A stretch of 64,000 nt of DNA from Xenococcaceae cyanobacterium (GCA_051439465.1 JBFRWF010000273.1:46666-110665), one strand, 5' to 3'. Positions 53,432 to 62,164 are shown, counted from the stretch's first letter. Numbers and translations: made by a program. Notes: generated by a model not told the origin, from the sequence alone.

Positions 53432-55171
53432 CTATATTTCGATTTCCTGTCGCTTTTTCGCCTTGCTGGGGGTTTCAGGTTCAGTATTTTGTTCTTCTGC
53501 ATCTTCTAGGCTTTGAGGCAGATTCGTAATTGTCCTCTTGTCTTCATCGCTGAGCAAGTCATTGGTGATTTGCCATTCTTCTTCTGTTTGTACGGCACAG
53601 AATAGTTCTTCACCACTATAAGTCTCAAGGCTGACTGTTATGGAATCGTCGTCTTTGGTGGCGTAGAGGACGGCTTCTTCGCCTAGAGCGACACCGTCTT
53701 CTACCGTTTCACCGGCTGCGAGCGCTTCTTCTTCGGCGCTGTCGTATAGATGAAGCAGGGTGTTGGCACATTCTACGGCTAAGTTCTCTTTTTGGGTTGT
53801 GGTTCCAGCTGGCATGGGTTTCTGCGGTGGCTCGGCGGGTTCGGGTTCGGTGGAAATGATGAAGGGTTCATCTTCAGTGGTTATCTCTTGGGGTTGGGGA
53901 GTCTGTGTTGCTTCTGTTTTGCTCTTTCCTTCGCTGACATGGGGTTCAGTGGTTTGGCTTTCCAGTAAGGCTCCCTCCAGTGCCTCGATTCGGCTTTCTA
54001 GGGCATTTAATCTTTGGTCGATACGGTCTAAGGCAGCAGTAATTTGGGCTAGTTGTTCTGGGAAGCTGGCATTTTTGTCAATTTCAATCTTGTCGCTTTG
54101 GCCTTCACTGATGCCTGTTTGATTGATTTTCTCATTGACTTGATTGACGGCTTGGGCTAAAGCTTCACCTGCGGATTCGGTTTCTTCAGTCTCTTTTGTT
54201 TCAGCTTCTTCAGCTTCTAAGATTGCGTCTTCAGTTGGTTCGGTCAGTTGGTCAGCTCGTTCAGCCAGTTGGTCAGCTCGTTCGCTTTGAGCCTTAAGCC
54301 TTGTAATTATCTTGGCAATTTGTCGTTTTTGTCCAGCTTCTTTGGCTGCTTTGAGAATTTTCTCTGCTGATTTTTTCCCGATGAGGGCGGCGAGAAAGGC
54401 AGTTTGGGCGCTGATTCCGCCGATAGTTGTCCCATCTACCTCACTGCTTTGGCTGGCAGCTTTGGCACTGATTTGTGCTGCGCCATCGAGGATGTCGTCA
54501 ATACTTGAGTTTTGTTTTTTCTGAGCAGGTGGTTTTTCAGTTCTTGATTGTCTGGTAGTAGATTGGGCATGGGCTGTTTTGCTAGTTTTCTGGCTTTTTT
54601 GGGGTTGATCGCCATCATGGGTGTCTAGTAATTCATCTAGTTGATTACCCGTTTTTTCACTTTCGTCGAGTTGGTCAAGTAAGTCGTCAATTTCTTCATT
54701 TTTCTGAGATGAAGATTGAGACTGAGATTTAGATTTTGGGACTGGTTCATCATCGTCTAAATCATCCAGGAAACTATTTAATCGTTGGGAGGTGGACTTG
54801 GACTTACTTTTTTCAGGATTGAGTATGCTTTCAATTGCGGCGACGGTGAATCTTTTTTGTTCTTCTTCATCAAATCCCAGGTGTTGCATCATATACTTTC
54901 CGGTAGTTGAGCCGAGTTCTGGGTGGTCAGTCATGGTTAAGGTTAATCCACCTCTGCTGACTTCGACACTGATTCCGGGTTTGCCATCGGCTTCAGTGAG
55001 TTGTTCTAAAGCTTCGGCAAAGTCTTCAACTGTTGTTAGTTGTTGGTCGATGCAGTAGGCGAGGGCTTTTTCGCAGCGTTTTTTCATGTAGTTGAGGATT
55101 TTCTTTCCAGCTTGGGTATCAGCAGTCAGATATTGTGTTTTTTTTCCTTTTCTCTTGGCGTAAGTGACCAT
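53432..55171 (-). CDS. Acidic, coiled-coil-rich 579-aa protein of unknown function
   Basis: Basic N-terminus MVTYAKRKGKKTQYLTADTQAGKK, then long Asp/Glu/Gln/Ser-rich and heptad-like stretches (LNALESRIEALEGALLE). It lies between the RdRP-like gene and the T4SS block on the same strand. Confidence 0.6.
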   Translation of the reverse strand: MVTYAKRKGKKTQYLTADTQAGKKILNYMKKRCEKALAYCIDQQLTTVEDFAEALEQLTEADGKPGISVEVSRGGLTLTMTDHPELGSTTGKYMMQHLGFDEEEQKRFTVAAIESILNPEKSKSKSTSQRLNSFLDDLDDDEPVPKSKSQSQSSSQKNEEIDDLLDQLDESEKTGNQLDELLDTHDGDQPQKSQKTSKTAHAQSTTRQSRTEKPPAQKKQNSSIDDILDGAAQISAKAASQSSEVDGTTIGGISAQTAFLAALIGKKSAEKILKAAKEAGQKRQIAKIITRLKAQSERADQLAERADQLTEPTEDAILEAEEAETKETEETESAGEALAQAVNQVNEKINQTGISEGQSDKIEIDKNASFPEQLAQITAALDRIDQRLNALESRIEALEGALLESQTTEPHVSEGKSKTEATQTPQPQEITTEDEPFIISTEPEPAEPPQKPMPAGTTTQKENLAVECANTLLHLYDSAEEEALAAGETVEDGVALGEEAVLYATKDDDSITVSLETYSGEELFCAVQTEEEWQITNDLLSDEDKRTITNLPQSLEDAEEQNTEPETPSKAKKRQEIEI

Positions 55172-55439
55172 AATTTAGCCAATTTCTGTGTTTATTTGTT
55201 GGTAATTTAGTCAAAGTATTTCTGTTCTGACTTCACCTAGTTGGTGAGTTTTAATAGTCCAAATGGGTTGTCTGTGGGGATGTGGGGGTGATCCCGCGGG
55301 GGCATCTGGGAAATTGATTGATAGAGTTTGAAATGAGCGCGCCTCTCCCACGCCAAGGTTTAACAATAGCTTCAACAAAAATTGGACTAATTGACCAAAT
55401 TTTTCGGGACGCCAGAAACTTTTTGGCTAATTGAGTCAG
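55171..55439. promoter_or_regulatory. Four copies of a TAATT(T/G)AG(Y)CA(A/G)-like box in the 560-bp intergenic region
   Basis: TAATTTAGCCAA 55171-55182, TAATTTAGTCAA 55203-55214, TAATTGACCAA 55388-55398, TAATTGAGTCAG 55428-55439. Confidence 0.4.
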
Positions 55440-55533
55440 ATTCTTGGGCAGAAAATTTAGAATTTTCTCTTACTTTAAAATCACCCCAACTTTCAGCCTC
55501 CAAATTAGCTTCTCAAATCAATTTGTGAGAAAT

Positions 55534-55770
55534 GCGGGTGCAGGATGCTACAGATGAGTATCCGAGGTTGGAACCAATCTTGCTAGAGGCATGGGAGCGT
55601 TATAAACAATCGGCGAATCAAGTAGGCGACGCCCTCATGTAGGTGACTCATCTCCCCTCAGAGCGGATCTCTAGCTACCTCGAAGGGGTGGCCATTCTGA
55701 CTCCGACATCTGCTGTGTTTTTGTATGTTCTAACTCGAGGCGTGATAGAGCTTGGGGATTCCCAGTAGAC
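55534..55770 (+). pseudogene. Possible small HTH (Cro/C1-like) gene with an in-frame TAG
   Basis: MRVQDATDEYPRLEPILLEAWERYKQSANQVGDALM*VTHLPSERISSYLEGVAILTPTSAVFLYVLTRG... Support is weak. Confidence 0.2.
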
Positions 55771-58700
55771 TACAGTTCTGCTTCCCGTTTGCCAACAGAA
55801 CTAGGAACTTTGAGAGAACGCGGTTTTTCAATCTGTCTAACCTTTTCTTCAAACTTAATTCTGTCTGCTGCCGATAACCCCTTGTTAACTTGATTAGTGC
55901 TTAAGTCAGAATGGAAGATGACCCTGCGGTCTTTGTCGCGCACGAAGCATTCTTGAGTTCTGGTGTTGATAAAGGCTGTCCAATCCCCCACTTTGATTTT
56001 GCGATTTCCGGTTTCGGCATACTTTTCGGCGATCGCCGCGTGTAACACTTTTGAGGCAAATTCTGCTGCATCTATCATATCTGGTTGAGCAGCAGGTTGA
56101 CCGAAGCTGAGGTTGAGTTGTTTAAGTCGTTTACTGATGGACAATGCTTTCTCCGTTTTGGCTTCAGCTTGCAGTTTCACGGATTCCGGGTCAATGTTGA
56201 GGGTCAGTGCCGAACCTTTGGGTGAGGGTGTGATCGTGGCTTCAAAGGTAGCTCCGATGGGCAATTTCGGGGAGTTGGTTGAGAACATCGCCAGTTGTTT
56301 GCCGTCGAGTTTGACAATGGGGCTGCCGTGACGGTAATCGTCAGGGTTATCCAAAGCCCCGACTTCGAGGGTTACAGCCTTACCTCGCCACTTGGCATCA
56401 CTAAAGTCCTCATCCTTGAAGTCATTGTACTTTTGACCGATGAGTTCAGCTTGGTGAAACCGGAAATTTTGCAGTTGCTGGCAGATTTCTTCCGCAAACA
56501 GGTTGAGGACGAGTGCTGACTTGGGGGTTTGGTTTTCGGAGGATTCAATCCAAGTGTAATTCACAGGTGGGACGATGCGGTGGCTCATGTTTTTCGTCTG
56601 ACCTAAATGGTCGCGATAGGTAAAATCGAGGTCATCGATGTCGTTAAAGTTGTCACCAAACTTTTGTTCGAGCAGTTCAACGAGTTTCTCGCTGGGTTTA
56701 AGGAGGGCAAAGTTGACCATTGGCAGCGCCGGGTGTAGGGTGGCTTCATACTGAATCCCTTTGCGGTCGAGTGCCGCTTTCCATTCCCCCGCTAAATCTT
56801 CGCCAACTGGCTGTCGCTTTTTGTCTGTGATAATTTTGCCATGCTCATCTCTAGCAAATTTCTCAAACGGGACGCTGAGGATGTAAGTGTCTTTAGGTAG
56901 GGCTTCGTGCAAGCGCTGGCAGTCCGGTTCGAGGTGAAGGGTTATCTCCAAGCTGCGCGATAATTTAGCACAGGCTTTTCGGGGTTGGTTTAAGTTGGGA
57001 TTGCTGGTTTCTACATGCCACATCGCCGTAGCAGCAAGATATCGTGATTCTGGGTCGGGGAATGCCTCGGCTACATTTGCTCTCAAGCTTTCGTAGAGCT
57101 TTCCCGCCGCTTCCTTGATTGCTTTGGTATCATCACCATGCAGTTTGTGGATTTCGCCCATCGCCTCTCGATAGCGCTCCTTCATCTCTTTAGCCCAGGT
57201 GACGTAATGCTTTTCCCAGTTTTCTCTTTCCTCTAAGTCTTCTGGAGGCGGAAACAGATAGCGGAACTCATCCCGGTGGCGAGAGCGAATGCGAGTGGGG
57301 TCCCAGGCTGGGTTGACGGCATCTCGGGCGATGGCATTGATGGCATTGCCCCCCTCTGCAGCCATGGGCATGGTTTTGTACAGTCGCTCGTCTTTTTTGA
57401 AGTCAAAGAGGTGACTGGGATAGCGCTCTGACCAATTCTTTGCTTCCTTGAGCAGGTTGGGGTGGTGGTCTTCTAGGCGAGTGGCGCTCTTGGGACTATC
57501 TACCTCGATTTGCAAGGCATCAAACAGTTTGTTGAGCAGCTTGCGCTTTCTTTGCTCAAACAGACTATGAGGTTGTCCGGGTTCGGGGACAGAGGACTGC
57601 ACCCGTCCAATCGAGGTTGCCACCCAGCCAATTTTGTTCTTGGCGATGGCAACGGCAATCTGACGCAGTTTGGTATATTTTAGTTTCCCTTTCTCGTCTT
57701 TGGCTTGGGTATAGTCAATTTTCTTTCGTTTCTTGACGGCATCGTACTCGTTTTCTTCATTGGCATGTCTGGTTTCTTTGGCGATATGGGGGAGTTTGTC
57801 GGCTGGGGTAATCACCAGTTGGTCGCCGTCGAAGTCGCACTGGTGGTGCTGCATGGCTTGGTCAGGGCGAATGAAGGCACAGCCTTTATACCTGAGAAGT
57901 TTAGGCTTTTGCTTGTTATCTACGGTGTAGCGGCGGATATTGTCTTTGGAGACAATTGGATAGCGGGTAACGATGACTTCAGTGCCGTGCTTCAGGTGGG
58001 GGGCAACAATCGTACCGGGTTTCAAGTCGTCGCAGGGTTGAGCCATTGCCGAACCGTGATGCACTGCTCCTTTGATGGCTAAATCGCGCCACTTTTTGGC
58101 AAGCTGGTCGCGCATGAAGCTGGCTACTTTGGGAAAGTCTAGGAGTTGTCCGTATTTGTCATGGCGAAGCAGGGAAATCGTGCGGGATTCGTTGCGTTGG
58201 TTTTCCTCGCTGTCTTCATCTAAGTCGGCTGCGTCACTTTCTTTCTGGACAGAGGTAAAGGCGGCTTTCTTGTCGTGTTGTTCGACGAGGTAGTTTTTTA
58301 GCTTGATGGGGTCGCTTTGGAGAGCGGCAAGTTTTCTGGCTTCGGCTTTGGTTGGCTCGACGATATCAGCCTTGATTGCCGCTTCGGAATACCAAATGGA
58401 GAATTGCCATGAATTTTCGTACTCTTGTACTTTAGCATTTCCCCGGTTTCCTAATACGGCTTGGGGAAATTCGTAGTCGCCACAGGGGAGCAAGTGGTCA
58501 ATTTGCTCTTTGGCGATGCCTTTGACGGAGCTGCGGTCTATAATCAGGTCGTAGCCTTGGTCATCGGTCAGTTCAGCGTCGGGGAGCAAAGTTCCTTTTG
58601 CCAGGAAGCTGGTGTCTGGGGTGTGGCTGTCTGCTTGGCTCCATTTGTTTATCCAGCTAAAGCGGAACTGGAAAGGTTGGTTATCAGTCCAACCCAGCTT

Positions 58701-59252
58701 TTTTCCCAGTCTGGGTGAGATTTTGCCGTGACAGTCTCCGGTGCGGTATTGGGCGGCTTCTTCTCTTTCAATGGGGTTGTCGCTTTCAAAGTTGACAATT
58801 TTGACCCGCAGCGGTTTTCCATCTTCTCTGCTATCGAGTAAGTGTGCGCCTTCGGTACAGGTGCTGACGAGGAGTGACCCATAGCGACAAGCGTGGTCGG
58901 CTTGAGTTTTGAAGGGTTCAAGCAGTTTTTTCGAGAGTTGGGCATCGGCGTAATAGATGTTATTGCCTGAACTAAAGGCGACTCGGCGAGCAATGCCATC
59001 GCCAAAATCAATGCCTTTTAAGGGGTCTAAACTGTCGTCATCTTTGTCAGGTTTGACAATAACTAGGGATTCCAATTCTTCAGGTCGAAATAGGAGTTCT
59101 AGCATGGAGTTGCGCAGGACTTCTGGTTCGGCTAGATATCGTCCTGGTTTCCCGTCTTCGTCGGTAATCGATATATCAATGACGGGAATTTTCAATCCTT
59201 CCCCTTCTAAAAATTCCGTTTTTTTCGGGGGGTGATTATTGTTGTTTGCCAC
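55770..59252 (-). CDS. Homolog of cellular (eukaryotic-type) RNA-dependent RNA polymerase / single-chain two-barrel RNA polymerase (RdRP PF05183-like; YonO/QDE-1 class)
   Basis: Collinear blocks: PFQFRFSW..FLAKGTLLPD..DLIIDRSSVKG (aa 193-245); EVIVTRYPIVSKDNIRRY (424-442); QCDFDGDQLVITP (471-483), where DFDGD is gacttcgacggcgac on the minus strand at 57822-57836; IGWVATSIGRV; LQIEVDSPKSA; YPSHLFDFKKDERLYKT. Confidence 0.7.
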   Translation of the reverse strand: MANNNNHPPKKTEFLEGEGLKIPVIDISITDEDGKPGRYLAEPEVLRNSMLELLFRPEELESLVIVKPDKDDDSLDPLKGIDFGDGIARRVAFSSGNNIYYADAQLSKKLLEPFKTQADHACRYGSLLVSTCTEGAHLLDSREDGKPLRVKIVNFESDNPIEREEAAQYRTGDCHGKISPRLGKKLGWTDNQPFQFRFSWINKWSQADSHTPDTSFLAKGTLLPDAELTDDQGYDLIIDRSSVKGIAKEQIDHLLPCGDYEFPQAVLGNRGNAKVQEYENSWQFSIWYSEAAIKADIVEPTKAEARKLAALQSDPIKLKNYLVEQHDKKAAFTSVQKESDAADLDEDSEENQRNESRTISLLRHDKYGQLLDFPKVASFMRDQLAKKWRDLAIKGAVHHGSAMAQPCDDLKPGTIVAPHLKHGTEVIVTRYPIVSKDNIRRYTVDNKQKPKLLRYKGCAFIRPDQAMQHHQCDFDGDQLVITPADKLPHIAKETRHANEENEYDAVKKRKKIDYTQAKDEKGKLKYTKLRQIAVAIAKNKIGWVATSIGRVQSSVPEPGQPHSLFEQRKRKLLNKLFDALQIEVDSPKSATRLEDHHPNLLKEAKNWSERYPSHLFDFKKDERLYKTMPMAAEGGNAINAIARDAVNPAWDPTRIRSRHRDEFRYLFPPPEDLEERENWEKHYVTWAKEMKERYREAMGEIHKLHGDDTKAIKEAAGKLYESLRANVAEAFPDPESRYLAATAMWHVETSNPNLNQPRKACAKLSRSLEITLHLEPDCQRLHEALPKDTYILSVPFEKFARDEHGKIITDKKRQPVGEDLAGEWKAALDRKGIQYEATLHPALPMVNFALLKPSEKLVELLEQKFGDNFNDIDDLDFTYRDHLGQTKNMSHRIVPPVNYTWIESSENQTPKSALVLNLFAEEICQQLQNFRFHQAELIGQKYNDFKDEDFSDAKWRGKAVTLEVGALDNPDDYRHGSPIVKLDGKQLAMFSTNSPKLPIGATFEATITPSPKGSALTLNIDPESVKLQAEAKTEKALSISKRLKQLNLSFGQPAAQPDMIDAAEFASKVLHAAIAEKYAETGNRKIKVGDWTAFINTRTQECFVRDKDRRVIFHSDLSTNQVNKGLSAADRIKFEEKVRQIEKPRSLKVPSSVGKREAEL

Positions 59253-59331
59253 AGTTACCGATCTACAATTGCGCGAATTACCGTGAGATTAACATTTGAA
59301 GCTCAACCAAACTTCACCTGTTAAGGTGATG

Positions 59332-59355
59332 GGAATAATCCAAGAGGATTATTCC
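59332..59355. promoter_or_regulatory. Perfect palindrome GGAATAATCC-aaga-GGATTATTCC in the divergent region upstream of the RdRP-like gene
   Basis: Read directly. A second small palindrome TCACCTgttaAGGTGA lies at 59314-59329. Confidence 0.45.
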
Positions 59356-59430
59356 TTGGGATTGATTGCTGAATGATTAGAAAAGTTTGTGTTATGATGG
59401 GAGGAAAAATTAATCTAAATAAGGTTAATT

Positions 59431-59643
59431 ATGTCTATTCCTCAAGGTTACGATCCAGCAAAAATTGGCGAATCAGATTGTCCTCAAGAGCGGTTAGATT
59501 ATTTCCTAGACTGGACTGATGATGAAGAGGATGAATCTGTTTTACCTCAGTCTAAATTACAACGTCAATCTAGACGTAATTCAAACTTGTTTAATGTCAC
59601 AGAAGAACAGGTTGATAATCCGAACTATTGGATTAATCTTTAA
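59431..59643 (+). CDS. Small acidic hypothetical protein
   Basis: 70-aa ORF with ATG preceded by aaggttaatt. Divergent from the RdRP-like gene. Confidence 0.4.
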   Translation: MSIPQGYDPAKIGESDCPQERLDYFLDWTDDEEDESVLPQSKLQRQSRRNSNLFNVTEEQVDNPNYWINL

Positions 59644-59667
59644 TTCGCTTTTAGAGCTGTACCTCCT

Positions 59668-60978
59668 CTAAGCTGTTCTGACGTGCTCTGAGGTCGCAAC
59701 CATCCGCAGGCTGCTGGGGGGAGCCATGGTCAGCGCCAGTTGCCAGCGCGACAGAATGGTCGCCAGTACCAGCTTCATTTCCAGCTGTGCCAATGCCATG
59801 CCAATACAGTGACGGTGACCGCCACCAAAGGGCAAATACTCATAAGGGGAGAATTGCCTCTCCAGAAAGCGCTCTGGTTTAAAACGCTTAGGCTCTGGGT
59901 AGAGTTCTTCTCGCTGATGGGTCAAATAAATACAGGGTAACAGCACCGTACCCGGTTCAAACTGGTAACCCATTAGCTCTAGCGGTGCTTTCAGAATCCG
60001 CATAGAGGCAGTCAAAGTAATGGGATAAATCCGCAGCGTTTCTTGGCAGACAGCGGTGAGGTAGGGAAGTCGGGCAATTTCGCTGGGTTCGGCATCATCA
60101 CCAAGCGTCTCAAGCTCATCGCGCAGCTTGTCGTGAACCTCTGGGAGATGATGAATCCAGTATAATGCCCAGGTTAGGGCTGAAGCCGTGGTTTCATGTC
60201 CGGCAATCAGGAGTGTCATCAACTCATCCCGTAACTCTTGCTCTGTCATTGGCTGACCCACTTCATCGCGAGCGGACATCAGCAAGGTCAGAATATCATT
60301 ACCAGAGAGGTTGCCTTGAGAGCGGCGTTCTCTCATCTCGTCGTAGATGAGTCGGTCAATTTGCTGCTTTTGGCGCACAAAGCGTCCCCACGGACTCCAG
60401 GGTCCCCAATCTTGTTGGAGTGAGCGAAAAAAGATTAGGATGGCACTAGCCGGAGAGCCTATCGAGTTCAGCAGTGAACTGAGGAGTTGCCGCAGTTGCT
60501 GGGAACGCTCTCCAGCGTGCAGGCCAAACACGGCTTGTAAAATTACCCGGAGGGTAATCTCTTGTATGGATGCGCGGACTAAGAAAGGCTCGCCAATCTT
60601 CCACTGCGACGACACCTGCTTGGTAATGTCACAGATTAGCTGACTGTAGGTTCGCATGCGCGAGCCGTGAAAGGGGTGCATCAGCAGCCGTCGCTGGCGC
60701 TGGTGGCGATCGCCGTCGAGTAAGACCAGTGAGTGTTCCCCCAGCAAGAATCGCAAAACCCCGCTTCCCCTGCCAGTTTCAAACAGGTCAAATTCAGCCG
60801 TAAAAATCTCCTGGATCGCCTTTGGGTGGCTGAAGTAGATGACAGGAGATTGGTCTGGACCCACTCTGAAGAAATCTCCATAGCGCTTGGCATAGGTCTC
60901 CAAGTAGTCCAAGGGGCGAGCAATCAGCTTGATTGTTCTGAGAAACCGTGGAGTTCGTGGACCAGGTGGCAGTTTCAT
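59668..60978 (-). CDS. Cytochrome P450
   Basis: Heme loop FGGGHRHCIGMALA (FxxGxRxCxG), I-helix LLIAGHETTA, ExxR ETLR. Confidence 0.9.
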   Translation of the reverse strand: MKLPPGPRTPRFLRTIKLIARPLDYLETYAKRYGDFFRVGPDQSPVIYFSHPKAIQEIFTAEFDLFETGRGSGVLRFLLGEHSLVLLDGDRHQRQRRLLMHPFHGSRMRTYSQLICDITKQVSSQWKIGEPFLVRASIQEITLRVILQAVFGLHAGERSQQLRQLLSSLLNSIGSPASAILIFFRSLQQDWGPWSPWGRFVRQKQQIDRLIYDEMRERRSQGNLSGNDILTLLMSARDEVGQPMTEQELRDELMTLLIAGHETTASALTWALYWIHHLPEVHDKLRDELETLGDDAEPSEIARLPYLTAVCQETLRIYPITLTASMRILKAPLELMGYQFEPGTVLLPCIYLTHQREELYPEPKRFKPERFLERQFSPYEYLPFGGGHRHCIGMALAQLEMKLVLATILSRWQLALTMAPPSSLRMVATSEHVRTA

Positions 60979-61065
60979 CGGAGCTTCCTGCGAGAGAAAT
61001 TCCCTTCTATGGTAAGCTCTCGCTATGCTGCTGGCTTCGGTTCATGAAGGCTTCAAAAACCTCGA

Positions 61066-61716
61066 CTATTTAGCGGTGCGGTGTTTTTTGCGTTTTGACT
61101 TGGCTTCGGTGCGTTTAGTTGGCGTTGCTGGTTCTATGAGTTGCTTGTTTGCCTGATATTCTGGCAGGTTGTTGCCAGGAAGCATTCCATAGACGACTTT
61201 GCGTTTGGAGTAGACATGGGTGCCTTCTACGGGAATGCCTTGAAACCAAGCGGCAGTGATGGCTTTTTTGTTAGCGGTTATGGTGGTTTTGGTTTGTTCT
61301 CGACGGTATTGTTCGGGCAGTTCCTCCGGTTTGACCTTGACTTCGCAGGTGGGCGGATTCTCCTTGATGGTGATTCGGCGTTGTTTGCCGATCACTTCAT
61401 TGTTGATAATGCTCCTTTCGTTGAAGTAGAGTACGGTTTGGTCAAGTCGTTCTCGCCATCCTTCCAGTTTGCGAATAGCAGCTTGGTGGAGAGTGACCAA
61501 GTGTTCCATCCTGGCTTTGACAGCAGCAATCTCAGCGTCAATTTGGTCAGCTAAATCGGCATGGGCATCGGCAGCGAGTTCTTGGTTTTCTTGGTTTTGC
61601 CAGATAGATTGGAGAACTTGGTCAATTTCGTCGGTGTCGGTTGCTAACTCAAGTTGTTGCCAGAGTTGGGCTGCCAAGAGTGAGGTTTTGGCTAGGGATT
61701 GGGACGCTAGTTGCAT
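61066..61716 (-). CDS. Siphovirus Gp157-like protein (PF05565-type)
   Basis: An N-terminal coiled coil with IDAEIAAVKARMEHL is followed by GKQRRITIKENPPTCEVKVKPEELPEQYRREQTKTTITANKKAITAAWFQGIPVEGTHV, matching the Gp157 pattern. Confidence 0.55.
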   Translation of the reverse strand: MQLASQSLAKTSLLAAQLWQQLELATDTDEIDQVLQSIWQNQENQELAADAHADLADQIDAEIAAVKARMEHLVTLHQAAIRKLEGWRERLDQTVLYFNERSIINNEVIGKQRRITIKENPPTCEVKVKPEELPEQYRREQTKTTITANKKAITAAWFQGIPVEGTHVYSKRKVVYGMLPGNNLPEYQANKQLIEPATPTKRTEAKSKRKKHRTAK

Positions 61717-61913
61717 TAATATTCTCCATTGGTGCAGGTGTGGTAGTAGTCTCGGCGCTGTTCAATTTCAGCGAGTGCTGCTAGGGTTTGGGCATCTGAG
61801 GGCTTGGGTTTTACTGGGGTGTGGGTAGTCTTTGAAGGGGTTGATTGAGGTTTTGGCATGATTTTAATGCTGTAAGGTTGATTGTAGGCGTGAGGATATG
61901 GGCGATAGCCCAA
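61716..61913 (-). CDS. Small hypothetical protein translationally coupled to the Gp157-like gene
   Basis: 65-aa ORF whose stop overlaps the next ATG (TAATG at 61716). Confidence 0.45.
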   Translation of the reverse strand: MGYRPYPHAYNQPYSIKIMPKPQSTPSKTTHTPVKPKPSDAQTLAALAEIEQRRDYYHTCTNGEY

Positions 61914-62164
61914 TTGCTTCTAACACATGCATTAATGTTTCGGTTAGAATGCCAGAGGATTTTGCTGCCAACCTCGATCTGTATGTAAGTAGCGATCGCT
62001 CTTCTTTACTTTTGCATTATCCAGACTTGCTAACTGTGGAAGCAAAACAACGAATTACCCCACATTCAAAGATGGAGGTATTCGAGAATGGAGAGAGAGT
62101 TCAGAAACATGAGTACTATCAAGGGTTTCAAGACCTAAAAGCATCTAGATATTTCAACTTATAA
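61898..62164 (+). CDS. Hypothetical protein
   Basis: 88-aa ORF with no recognised motif. Confidence 0.3.
   Translation: MGDSPIASNTCINVSVRMPEDFAANLDLYVSSDRSSLLLHYPDLLTVEAKQRITPHSKMEVFENGERVQKHEYYQGFQDLKASRYFNL

Noticed and set aside
43521-62164. Prophage interpretation of the right half (Gp157-like, family-A polymerase and Dda-like helicase elsewhere)
   Set aside because: I recognised no capsid, portal, terminase, tail or lysis genes. A T4SS, coupling protein and parAB are present, so a conjugative plasmid or ICE fits better.
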